A DNA stretch of 64,000 nucleotides from the IMG/VR virus record IMGVR_UViG_3300027917_000046, positions 3,078-67,077 of that record. One strand, written 5' to 3'. This DNA is from a virus. Below the pieces are notes generated by a model. The model ran no database searches. It saw nothing but the letters and a program-made list of their open reading frames with translations, and had not been told where the DNA came from. Below, in pieces: positions 37,335 to 46,338 of this stretch. A program made the position numbers and the translations under genes. How positions within the stretch are numbered: the first letter of the stretch is position 1; the number at the start of each line of letters is the position of its first letter.

Positions 37335-38029
37335 TGAATCCAGGTACTGAAGTATTAGACATCAACAAAGTGCTGGCTGAGGAAGCTGCTCAGATCAGCA
37401 AGCGCATCGCAGCTGGTGCGCCGTTCATCAAGTGTACGCAAGACAAGAAGTTCATGATGCCCGATAAGACGGAATCTGCTGGCCCGTTGTCGGCGGTCAT
37501 CATTGACTTCATCGCAGCGAACTATTTCTTCGATCGCGAGTATGAGAAGGGAGCCATAGTGCCCCCGGCGTGCTTCGCGCTGGCCGTGGAACCGCGCAGC
37601 ATGGTACCCCACGAGACAGCTCCTGCGAAGGAGGCGGAGGCCTGCAACGGTTGCCCGAACAACGAGTTCGGCTCGAAAGGCAAAGGAAAGGCTTGCCAGA
37701 ATACGCGGCTTCTAGCCGTGGTAAGCCCGGATGAGAAAGATCCGCAGATCTATCTGCTTAAGGTCAGCGCAACCGGCGTAAAGCCGTTCGATAACTACGT
37801 TCAGTCGATTAAGACTCAATTCAACGCCCCGCCGTTGGCGGTTGTGACCGACATCTTCTTCGACAAGAACGCACGTTACGGCTCGCTGCGGTTCGGTAAT
37901 CCGCGACCGAACCCGAAGCTCAGGGATCATTTCGAGCTCCGTGGTCAGGCTCGGGATATTCTCCTAGCACCACCGGACGTCTCGCAATATGAGCCGATCA
38001 ACGAGACCAAAGCTGCCAAGAAAAAGTAG
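37334..38029 (+). CDS. Putative ssDNA-binding/annealing protein
   Basis: 'PPACFA...CNGCPNNEFGS...KACQNTRLLAV' Cys motif; position beside polymerase. Confidence 0.6.
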   Translation: MNPGTEVLDINKVLAEEAAQISKRIAAGAPFIKCTQDKKFMMPDKTESAGPLSAVIIDFIAANYFFDREYEKGAIVPPACFALAVEPRSMVPHETAPAKEAEACNGCPNNEFGSKGKGKACQNTRLLAVVSPDEKDPQIYLLKVSATGVKPFDNYVQSIKTQFNAPPLAVVTDIFFDKNARYGSLRFGNPRPNPKLRDHFELRGQARDILLAPPDVSQYEPINETKAAKKK

Positions 38030-38215
38030 TGCGATAATGGAAGACGTCTCCCAAGCGGATTGGGAGAAGGATCACCAAGAAGCACGCAAAGCCTTTGAAC
38101 AGGCGAAAGAGCGCTTGGAAGAGGTCGAAGCAAGGAATCCGTCGCCTGCCCCCGGGTCGGGGGAACAGACCTCAGGCGAGTAAGCTGTGTGCCCTCGAGT
38201 CCCCCGCCTGATACG

Positions 38216-38344
38216 CGGGGTGTAGCCATACAGTGGTGGATCAGGGGACAGGGAGGAGAGACTCCCACCGAACAATGGCGCACGTGCGTGTCCGCCGAGC
38301 TACCAGCGATAGCGGATCGTAGGTTCAACTCCTACGGCGCCTCC
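38216..38344 (+). ncRNA. tRNA-like RNA without an anticodon loop, with expanded D-loop
   Basis: CGGGGTG/CGCCTCC acceptor-like stem, T8-A9, GCCAT/ATGGC D stem, CCGC/GCGG arm, canonical GTAGG-TTCAACT-CCTAC T arm; intergenic. Confidence 0.65.
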
Positions 38345-38358
38345 TTTAAGGAGTATGT

Positions 38359-38613
38359 ATGGAAGACTGCCCAGATTGTGGTAGACTGCAAGAAATTGAA
38401 GACAGGTTGAAAGCTGGTGTTCTCCATACGGAAGATACCAAGTGGATGATCGCCCAGATTCGTAACTATCAACAATGGGCGGTCAAGGTCATCGACCTAA
38501 TAGACCCGATCCACGCACTGCATGTAGCATACGACGGGTTGTTTAAACCAGTAAAAAAGGAAGTCAATGGACAACTTAATGATCGACCTGGAGACACTGG
38601 ACATCAAACCTAG
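38359..38613 (+). CDS. Hypothetical protein with N-terminal CxxC
   Basis: TAAGGAG SD. Confidence 0.6.
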   Translation: MEDCPDCGRLQEIEDRLKAGVLHTEDTKWMIAQIRNYQQWAVKVIDLIDPIHALHVAYDGLFKPVKKEVNGQLNDRPGDTGHQT

Positions 38614-39091
38614 TGCGGTGGTCGTAAGTATCGGAGCAGTATGGTTTGACGGCGTCGATCGCCTAGGTGCAGAGTTCTACGAAGTCTGTGACCTTAATGA
38701 TCAGTTCAAGTATGGTCGTACCATGTCGCCAAGTACGGTGAAATGGTGGATGCAACAATCTGCCGCAGCTCGGGAAGTGTTCCTCAAACCCCCGACCAAG
38801 ACTTCTCAGGTCTTGGCAGACTTTGTCGACTTCCTTGGTGAAGGGAACAAATGGGCGAAGATCTGGGGTAACGGCGCCGATTTTGATAATATCATTCTCG
38901 GCGGCCTATACGAAACCTACGGTGTAGCTCGTCCGTGGAGCTACGGTAATAATCGGTGTTTCCGCACGTTGAAGAACTTGGCGAATGTAATTCCGCCCAA
39001 TAGGGTCGGCACTCACCACAACGCGCTGGATGACGCCAAATACCAAGCGGAGTGGGCAAATGCAATCTTTACCAGCATCAGAAGCTCGTAA
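38567..39091 (+). CDS. DEDDh 3'-5' exonuclease (DUF5051/Rv2179c-like)
   Basis: 'MIDLETL', 'WGNGADFD', 'RCFRTL', 'HNALDDA'. Confidence 0.9.
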   Translation: MDNLMIDLETLDIKPSAVVVSIGAVWFDGVDRLGAEFYEVCDLNDQFKYGRTMSPSTVKWWMQQSAAAREVFLKPPTKTSQVLADFVDFLGEGNKWAKIWGNGADFDNIILGGLYETYGVARPWSYGNNRCFRTLKNLANVIPPNRVGTHHNALDDAKYQAEWANAIFTSIRSS

Positions 39092-39135
39092 TTACTGGGT
39101 TCTGCGGCCGATCAAAAGAATAGGAGATTATTTCA

Positions 39136-39792
39136 GTGACCTCTCAGAAACAGACAAGCTTATCGTTCGAAAGCTTACCCGACGGGCCGGAACCTACACC
39201 GGAATCCAATGTCAGCGGATATACTGGTTCTTCAAGGACCGCGCCGCAGAAAACGCAAGACGGATCCTACACAGAAAACACACCAGAGAACGAACCATCG
39301 TCGAACTGGAAACATACCAATCCGAAGGACGCAGTTGGCTCGGGGAAGCTTCCATTGGAGCTGGTCCCGGACACAATCGAAGTTGAAGTAGCTCTGGCGT
39401 ACTTGGAGGGTGCTTTGAAGTACGGGCGTTACAACTGGAGGATCAGTGGGGTCAGAGCATCAATCTACCGCGCCGCTTTAAGGAGACATCTCGCTAGGTG
39501 GTGGAATGGGGAAGATAGAGACCAAATTACTCATATTAAGCATCTCGCTAGCATCATTGCCTGTGCTGGGATTCTCCTTGATGCCGAGCTTTGCGGCAAG
39601 CTTATGGATGATCGTCCTCCTCGTACGCCTATCGGGAAGATCATTGACGTTGAACCCCATATAGAGCATCTAAAGCAACTTTTTAAGCAGTATTCTCCCA
39701 AGCAATACACAATAAATGATGGAGTAAAGAGTGAAGACGATATATCTCGTGGGGAGTCTGAGAAACCCCAAAGTCCCACTGCTGGCGAATAA
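39136..39792 (+). CDS. dATP/dGTP diphosphohydrolase-domain protein (DUF5664)
   Basis: 'TNPKDAVGSGKLPLELVP', 'GALKYGRYNWR', 'RHLARWWNGED', 'HLASIIAC'. Confidence 0.88.
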   Translation: MTSQKQTSLSFESLPDGPEPTPESNVSGYTGSSRTAPQKTQDGSYTENTPENEPSSNWKHTNPKDAVGSGKLPLELVPDTIEVEVALAYLEGALKYGRYNWRISGVRASIYRAALRRHLARWWNGEDRDQITHIKHLASIIACAGILLDAELCGKLMDDRPPRTPIGKIIDVEPHIEHLKQLFKQYSPKQYTINDGVKSEDDISRGESEKPQSPTAGE

Positions 39793-40165
39793 TCTCCGCT
39801 TAATGGGGTTCGACGTCTTTGATGATTGGTTTGCGGCTGGACCGGAAGCTGATGACTACTGGATGAAGTACGAAAAGAACCGAGGACACGATTTCAAAGC
39901 AGCACTGAAAGGTTATGCCGCGAATCACGTGTTCAACTATGACCATTTCCATCTTGATCGGGCTGATATCGGCGTTCTTATGATGCCGGCCGGGAAGTCA
40001 GGGCACCTAGAACTCGGATATCTAAGTGGTCAGAAGAAGCCCTGTTACATCCTTCTGGATGGGGAACCGGAGAGGTTCGACGTTATGTATTTACACGCCA
40101 ATAAAGGCGTGTATTACACGGCGCAGGAGTTAATGGATGCTTTGCATAAGGACTTCCCTGCATGA
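39731..40165 (+). CDS. Nucleoside 2-deoxyribosyltransferase (NDT)-like protein 1
   Basis: 'IYLVGS', 'D...LDRAD', 'GKSGHLELGY' with catalytic Glu. Confidence 0.78.
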   Translation: MKTIYLVGSLRNPKVPLLANNLRLMGFDVFDDWFAAGPEADDYWMKYEKNRGHDFKAALKGYAANHVFNYDHFHLDRADIGVLMMPAGKSGHLELGYLSGQKKPCYILLDGEPERFDVMYLHANKGVYYTAQELMDALHKDFPA

Positions 40166-40554
40166 AAATATACATCAGCGGATCGATGAAGGACCAAGAG
40201 CACCTGCGCCAGGAAGCCCACCGCTTATGGTTTGCGGGGCATGAGATAACTAGCTCGTGGCTAAACGAAACTATTGAGCCTATCGGTATAATGTGGCGCG
40301 GTGTCGCCATTACAGACATTGCTGAGGTCTATAAGGCCGACTGCATCATAATGGACAACAACGGAGCTTCTTCTACGGGTGGTCGATACGTCGAATGGGG
40401 ACTTGCGTTAGCTCCTGGAGCGAACAAAATAAAAATTCTCGTGGCACACGATAAACCGGTTAAAGCGTTTTTAACCTTAGCAGATCATATCTGCGTGACA
40501 TGGCAAGACGTACACAATTTATTGGAGAGTCACTATGCCGTACATAAAGCCTGA
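40162..40554 (+). CDS. NDT-like protein 2
   Basis: 'IYISGS', 'DIAEVYKAD', 'GGRYVEWGLA'. Confidence 0.78.
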   Translation: MKIYISGSMKDQEHLRQEAHRLWFAGHEITSSWLNETIEPIGIMWRGVAITDIAEVYKADCIIMDNNGASSTGGRYVEWGLALAPGANKIKILVAHDKPVKAFLTLADHICVTWQDVHNLLESHYAVHKA

Positions 40555-40972
40555 AAATCGGGAACCAGTAATTCGAGGCGAACACTGCCCAAAGGATGCA
40601 GGTGAGTTGAATTTCATGGTCACTTTTATGTTGCTCAGAGCAATCGAAGGTAAATATATAAACTACAAGATGCTCGTAGAAGACTTGTTGCAGCTAGCCA
40701 AAGAATACGCTGCGGATCAAGAACTAAAATATCAACGTATTAACGATGTCATTGGCGCCTTTACAGGGGCTTGGATGGAGTTTGTGCGTCGTAAAACCAA
40801 TCGCACGTATGACTACTCGATGTTCGATGTCGACACGGCGGAGCTGTATGATTGCTGCGGCGAGGCTGTCGGAGAAGCTCTCGATACGTTTTATAAGGTT
40901 ATAGTCGGCCCCTACGAAGACACGAAGATTAAGGAAAACGGAGATGTCTATACCGATGCCCGAAGCAGTTGA
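40535..40972 (+). CDS. Conserved phage protein (MPYI...GELN...PYEDxKIxENGDV, DUF6899-like)
   Basis: Recognisable motifs at both ends. Confidence 0.7.
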   Translation: MPYIKPENREPVIRGEHCPKDAGELNFMVTFMLLRAIEGKYINYKMLVEDLLQLAKEYAADQELKYQRINDVIGAFTGAWMEFVRRKTNRTYDYSMFDVDTAELYDCCGEAVGEALDTFYKVIVGPYEDTKIKENGDVYTDARSS

Positions 40973-41122
40973 TGTATCATATTACGCGACCTGGGGCAGT
41001 GCTGCGCTGTTCCTGATCGCAGCAGGGTTTATGGGAATGGAAAGTAAGTGGCTCGGCGTAATGCTGTACGGCGGGCTATTCTGCGCCAACGGCGCCATCG
41101 CACTTATCTCGATCCAGACCCT

Positions 41123-41650
41123 ATGAGCCGCGGCCCCGAAAACAGGTTTATTGATTCTATGCATCGCCTGTTGAAAGGCAAATGTCATTTTGAAAAGATG
41201 CACAACCCTTATCGCGGTGGCACCGCCGACGTATGGTACTCAGGCAAGTCGGGAGACTGCTGGGTAGAATACAAATGGCTAAATAGAGTCCCTAAGAGGG
41301 GTGCAGTCAAGCCTAAGCTTGAACCACTCCAACGCGAATGGCTACGGGGTCGATGGAACGAAGGCCGGTGTGTCTTCGTCATAGTAGGCTGCCCCGCAGG
41401 CGCGATGCTCTTCCCGGAACCCAAGGACTGGGAAAATGGAATCGCTGTCAGCCAAATAAAACAAGAGCCGAAGGAAAACATGGCGAAAGAGATCCTTCTC
41501 TACGTCAACACTTCGGAGACAACAAATGAGAAAGGTAGTAAGAGGAGCACTAGACGCACAAACGCTGGTAAGCGCGCTATACAAAGTAGTGATAACCTCA
41601 TTTCTGCTGTACGAGTTGCTAAGGTTTCAAATAAGGAGAGCAAGTGTTAA
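41123..41650 (+). CDS. VRR-NUC-like nuclease / putative Holliday junction resolvase
   Basis: 'PENRF...GTADVWY...WVEYK...LEPLQREWL'. Confidence 0.78.
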   Translation: MSRGPENRFIDSMHRLLKGKCHFEKMHNPYRGGTADVWYSGKSGDCWVEYKWLNRVPKRGAVKPKLEPLQREWLRGRWNEGRCVFVIVGCPAGAMLFPEPKDWENGIAVSQIKQEPKENMAKEILLYVNTSETTNEKGSKRSTRRTNAGKRAIQSSDNLISAVRVAKVSNKESKC

Positions 41651-42330
41651 AGGACAGTCACCCTGCCGTCAAGAAGAGGACAACCATATACTTAAAAACG
41701 GTTAAGGATGCGGAAGACGTCAAGCGACTGATCCAACCTGCGACAACAAACGCAAAGTTGGCCGGCGGAAAGGGCATAGTCACAAAAGGCAGGTTCAAAG
41801 GACTGCCAATGTACTCATTAACCCTAGAGGAACGAAAAACGTGTCCAAGATCATGTCAGCAGTGGAATTCCTGCTACGGCAACAATATGCCGTTTGCAAA
41901 CAGAATCGACCATACGTCAACCGAGTTCGAGTCGAGACTGAAGGAGGAGGTCAACTTACTGTGTACCAAGAAACACCCGCAGGGCATTCTGCTACGCTTG
42001 CACGTGCTGGGAGATTTCTACTCCGTGACATACGTGAACTTCTGGATAAAATTGAAAAAGAAATACCCGAACCTCCAGATCTTCGGCTACACTCACCAGG
42101 CGTCATCATCGAATATTGGGCGGGCAATAAGGAAGTTGAACAGGCTGGGCGCATGGATAAGGTGGAGCGATCGAAAGGGCCCGATGGGCGCGACCGTTAT
42201 TCATGCGGATGCGAAATCGGTCCGGAAGAATGGGATAATCTGCCCTGAGCAGACCGGTAAGACAGCGGGGTGTACAACGTGCGGACTGTGTTGGTCCGTG
42301 AAGAAAGAAATCTTCTTTTTGGAACACTAA
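41644..42330 (+). CDS. GP88-like Cys-rich (putative Fe-S) protein
   Basis: 'NAKL', 'TCPRSCQQWNSCY', 'RLHVLGDF', 'FGYT', 'CPEQ...CTTCGLCW'. Confidence 0.75.
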   Translation: MLKDSHPAVKKRTTIYLKTVKDAEDVKRLIQPATTNAKLAGGKGIVTKGRFKGLPMYSLTLEERKTCPRSCQQWNSCYGNNMPFANRIDHTSTEFESRLKEEVNLLCTKKHPQGILLRLHVLGDFYSVTYVNFWIKLKKKYPNLQIFGYTHQASSSNIGRAIRKLNRLGAWIRWSDRKGPMGATVIHADAKSVRKNGIICPEQTGKTAGCTTCGLCWSVKKEIFFLEH

Positions 42331-42508
42331 TGAAAACCAAATTTCTAGTTGATTTTGAGTTCGACAATGGTGCACGCTACGGGGTAGAGTTGACAGCTTT
42401 TGACACGGATCTTCGGGATCTGTTCGAAAAACAAAAGCTGACGGCCGTTGACGTGCGAGTTTCAGAGGAACGGTTCGTTCAGCTCTTTAACAAACGGAAC
42501 GAGCTCCA

Positions 42509-43201
42509 ATGAACAACGACGTTAGGACAGCATTCAGCAAGATGAACGCCAGTAAGCTGCACAGTTATTACAAGTATTGGGGTAGCTTAACAGCAAATAG
42601 CGACGAAGAATACTTCAGGCGGTTCTTGTTCGCGTTCTGTTCGGTACATACAACCTGGAAAGGTAACGTGTACGGCTATGAAGCAATCAAAGACTTCCAC
42701 CCTGATCGATGGACTAAGAAGCAGTTATGGAGTGCATTGGCCGGGAGCGGATGCGGTTTGTACAACGATCGAACTGAGCACATTTGGTTATTCGGAACCA
42801 AGTTCTGGAATGACCCCTCGCAATATAGACCCTTGCCTGGCGAGTCACTGTACTTCCTCCGAAATCGACTGGTTCCGGCTATTAAAGGTCTCGGAGTCGC
42901 TAAGGTAAGTTTCGCACTAGAGATGGCCTACCCCACGGATAAGACCCTAGATATAACCTGCCTTGACGTCCACATGCTTAGGCTGTATGGTAATGCCAAG
43001 ATGAGCGCCCAGAGCCGAAAAGGACGTACGGAGTACGAGAAGTACGAGGCCGACTGGGTAGGCCGATGCGCAAACCTGCCTACTGGACCCTACGTGGCCC
43101 GTATGGTATACTGGGACAGTATTCAAGATAAGGACAGCTCCCGCTACTGGAGTTACGTCCTAGAGAGGCAGAATGAGAGTCTTAGTGGCATGCGAGTATA
43201 G
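42509..43201 (+). CDS. HhH-superfamily DNA glycosylase-like protein
   Basis: 'IKGLGVAKVSFAL' hairpin, 'CLDVHMLR' Asp-x-His, 'YEKYE'; resembles OGG2-type N-glycosylases. Confidence 0.72.
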   Translation: MNNDVRTAFSKMNASKLHSYYKYWGSLTANSDEEYFRRFLFAFCSVHTTWKGNVYGYEAIKDFHPDRWTKKQLWSALAGSGCGLYNDRTEHIWLFGTKFWNDPSQYRPLPGESLYFLRNRLVPAIKGLGVAKVSFALEMAYPTDKTLDITCLDVHMLRLYGNAKMSAQSRKGRTEYEKYEADWVGRCANLPTGPYVARMVYWDSIQDKDSSRYWSYVLERQNESLSGMRV

Positions 43202-43745
43202 CGGCACGGTTAGAGACGCTTTCAAACGGCAGGGACACGACGCGTGGTCGTGCGATATTCTACCCACCGAGAGGAAAGGCCAGCATTACCAAGGCGATGT
43301 TCGTGATGTGCTGGATGAGGACTGGGATCAGATCATAGCTCATCCGCCCTGTACTAGGCTGTGCAACAGCGGAGTACGGTGGCTGAACGAACGAAATCTG
43401 TGGGCCGAACTAGAGGCAGCGGCAGAATTCTTTAAACTGTTCCTCAATAACAAGTGCCCGCGCATCGCCATAGAGAACCCTATACCGCATCGCTATGCGG
43501 TGAGGCTAATAGGACGACAGTACGATCAGGTGATTCAACCGTGGCAGTTTGGCCACCCTGAGTCCAAGGCAGTGTGCCTATGGCTCAAGGGGCTGCCTAA
43601 GCTGGTGCCTACAAGGATTGTAACCAAAGGCATCAAGCAGAAAGTGTGGCGTATGGGACCGAGCGAGGACCGGGCAAAAGAACGGTCTCGGTTCTATAAC
43701 GGCATCGCCAACGCAATGGCCAAACAGTGGGGTACAAATGATTAG
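43173..43745 (+). CDS. Short phage DNA cytosine-methyltransferase-like protein
   Basis: 'VLVACEYSG', 'IAHPPCT', 'IENP', 'QPWQFGH'. Confidence 0.82.
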   Translation: MRVLVACEYSGTVRDAFKRQGHDAWSCDILPTERKGQHYQGDVRDVLDEDWDQIIAHPPCTRLCNSGVRWLNERNLWAELEAAAEFFKLFLNNKCPRIAIENPIPHRYAVRLIGRQYDQVIQPWQFGHPESKAVCLWLKGLPKLVPTRIVTKGIKQKVWRMGPSEDRAKERSRFYNGIANAMAKQWGTND

Positions 43746-44109
43746 CAAGAAGGATATGAAGCAGATGGTGGATGCGTGGACGGTATCATATCTGGAACGG
43801 ACCCAAGCGCATTTGACGATAGTGGACATGAAGCCGAGGCATACACAAAAGGATGTGCTCAAGATGAAGAATTACATCGGCGAGAGAATAACAAAAATGA
43901 GGGGGACGTATGATAAAAAGTAAACCATGCCTAAGCGCGAAGTGCAAGAATCGACATAAAAGTGACGGCGATTATTGCGCTGAGCATGCTCATCTCGAGC
44001 GGAAACAGACGATGGCTTGGCCTAGAATCCGAGCCTGTTCTGATCCACATTTAGCAGAAGAGTATGACGCACATGTTGGCTACGCGTGGTCGTTAAAAAG
44101 GAATGTCCT

Positions 44110-44523
44110 GTGATCCGCCACGCGGGGTCCCGAACACGAACCCTGTATCGATGGGAATCTCGTCTTATCAACAGAAAGGCTACCGGTGGTAACCGGAAGG
44201 TTCGCTCGGCAGCAGAAGGTCGGCTCATCATCGATCGTATCTGGCAACTAGAAGGGCGGAAGGGCCCAGTGCCAACGCTCGAGATCAAGAAGATGCGCGG
44301 TTATCCGTACTACGAGGACGCGAAGCACGCGATCGTCCTCACGAGCGAAGATCACTCTGTTCAGACGCTGGTGCACGAGATTACGCACGCCCTCGGAGTA
44401 GGCCGGAGCGACAATCACCACAGCGAAGGATTCGTGAAGAAGTACTGCAAGCTGCTGGCGTTCCAGTTTGGTTGGAGCGAAGAACAACTGTTGTGTGAAG
44501 CAAAGGATATAAAACTTTTATGA
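44110..44523 (+). CDS. SprT-like zinc metalloprotein
   Basis: 'VHEITHAL...HSEGF'. Confidence 0.65.
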   Translation: MIRHAGSRTRTLYRWESRLINRKATGGNRKVRSAAEGRLIIDRIWQLEGRKGPVPTLEIKKMRGYPYYEDAKHAIVLTSEDHSVQTLVHEITHALGVGRSDNHHSEGFVKKYCKLLAFQFGWSEEQLLCEAKDIKLL

Positions 44524-44882
44524 GACTCGTATACACAAAGAAGCAAATCGTCGAAGGCCTAAATCTTGATCAATTCACTCCTGAGAAGGTACTCGTCAGG
44601 GAGATCGCACGTATTATGAAACCCGGCGAAGAGCAAGCACCTTGGTATAAGGTGGATATGCAACGCAAGCCGCATATCTACGTGAGTAAAGCCCATTACG
44701 ACGAACCTAATTTGTTCGTTCTAGAACTAGAAGGTTCACCGCCGCGCATGACCACAGTTGTGTGGGATTTGCATTACTCGTTCCCATACGTTATGTTTGC
44801 TGGTAAGCGCCTTGAGAACCGCGGAAAACGCTCGGAGGCTATAGTCAACGCCGTTAGGACTTATCTGGAAGACATTAAATGA
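44520..44882 (+). CDS. Hypothetical protein
   Basis: Coupled to both neighbours. Confidence 0.55.
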   Translation: MRLVYTKKQIVEGLNLDQFTPEKVLVREIARIMKPGEEQAPWYKVDMQRKPHIYVSKAHYDEPNLFVLELEGSPPRMTTVVWDLHYSFPYVMFAGKRLENRGKRSEAIVNAVRTYLEDIK

Positions 44883-45766
44883 AACCCATGCTCGCGGCAC
44901 CAGTCAAGATTGACCAAGTACAATTCCCTGTGTATGCGTCGGCCAAGCTCGACGGGGTCCGAGCCGTTGTGATGGAAGGGACCGTATTCGCGAGGTCCCT
45001 CAAAGAACTACCCAATGAGAACATCCAAAAGATGTTCGGACAAAGAAGCCTGGAAGGGTTGGACGGTGAGCTGGTTTTCGGACCACCATACGCCAAAGAC
45101 GTATATCTCAGGACTGTGTCCATATGCAATAGTAAGGCAAAACCAATACCAGACATAGCATTCTGGGTATTCGACTTCATTACTGAGCCGGATGTTCCAT
45201 TCTCCGATAGACTAAGGTCTGTTAATCTCGTATGTCGGCAGGCGCAAAAACAGAAACTCCCCGTGTATATGCTGCCACAGGTTCGGATCAACAACGAAAA
45301 GGAACTTCGTGAATATGAAAGATACAGACTGGTGGAGGGGTACGAAGGTGTTATTCTTAGATCTCCGGACGGGACGTACAAGTACGGACGTTCGACGGTT
45401 AAGGAAGGCGGCATGCTCAAACTCAAGCGTTTTGTGGACGCCGAAGCAGAGATCTTGGAGGTCTACGAAGAGTTCGCTAATGAGAACGAGGCCACGACAA
45501 ATGCGCTTGGCCGCACGGAACGTAGCTCTGCAAAAGCAGGTCTTGTTGCAAAAGGCACAGCTGGAGGCCTACATGTTCGAAGTAAAGAATTTACAGAAAC
45601 GTTTAGAATTGGAACGGGCTTCACGGCCGAACAGAGGGAGTGGTTCTGGGCAAATCGCAGCGCTGTTGTCGGTAAGCAAGTTAAATTCAAATTCTTCGAC
45701 CACGGAGTGAAAGATAGGCCGCGTCACCCCGTTTACTTAGGCCCTAGAGAGGACTGGGATCTATGA
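44879..45766 (+). CDS. ATP-dependent DNA ligase
   Basis: 'KLDGVR', 'LDGEL', 'VFD', 'EGVILR', 'LKLKR', 'IGTGF', 'PRHPVY'. Confidence 0.95.
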   Translation: MKPMLAAPVKIDQVQFPVYASAKLDGVRAVVMEGTVFARSLKELPNENIQKMFGQRSLEGLDGELVFGPPYAKDVYLRTVSICNSKAKPIPDIAFWVFDFITEPDVPFSDRLRSVNLVCRQAQKQKLPVYMLPQVRINNEKELREYERYRLVEGYEGVILRSPDGTYKYGRSTVKEGGMLKLKRFVDAEAEILEVYEEFANENEATTNALGRTERSSAKAGLVAKGTAGGLHVRSKEFTETFRIGTGFTAEQREWFWANRSAVVGKQVKFKFFDHGVKDRPRHPVYLGPREDWDL

Positions 45767-46131
45767 CCGCAACCATTTCGATGGGCGAGCTTCTCGGCGA
45801 GGAGCCACAAAAACCGAAGCGCCCACCGCGCAGCCCCAAGCAACTGAAACTTACCGGACGCAAATTCCGGGTAGGCCAGTGGCGTTGTATTGACCGTACC
45901 AAGCTGATCGTCAACAAAGCTGGTAAGGAAGTTCAGCGTTCAGTTCATGAGCGCATGAACTACGACGCGTCCAAGAAGTACCCACACAGTTCTACCCGGC
46001 AAAGACTACGTGAATTGAGACGTATTGGATCTTTATGACTGCCAAATTTGAAAAGCGCAAATTCACCGTATCGCTGGGCGATAGTCAGGCTTACAAGGAC
46101 AACTACGATGCAATCTTCAGAAAGGACAAGG

Positions 46132-46338
46132 ATGGATCCGTTCAGAAAAACATACCGAGTACTCAGCCAGAAGGAGAAGGAAGATCTCCATCGGATGAAG
46201 ATGAAGGCCGAGGAACTGTATGAGTTGTTCAAAGGCTTGGCAGGGGAACAGGACAACCATCATGCCAGTCGTGAATGGTCACTGGCTGTCACCAATCTGG
46301 AGCAATCAGTAATGTGGGCTACGAAGGCGCTAACATGA
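46132..46338 (+). CDS. Acb2/Tad1-like helical hairpin protein (putative immune-signal sponge)
   Basis: 'YRVLSQKEKEDLHRMK...REWSLAVTNLEQSVMWATKA' matches the Acb2 pattern YRxLSxxE..K...R..A.A.T.L.....W..KA. Confidence 0.7.
   Translation: MDPFRKTYRVLSQKEKEDLHRMKMKAEELYELFKGLAGEQDNHHASREWSLAVTNLEQSVMWATKALT

Noticed and set aside
38216-38344. tmRNA
   Set aside because: Too short, no tag ORF or pseudoknot series, no ACCA end
35098-39792. Z-genome (2-aminoadenine) system suggested by DUF5664 plus PolA
   Set aside because: No PurZ/adenylosuccinate-synthetase-like or DatZ HD-domain gene seen
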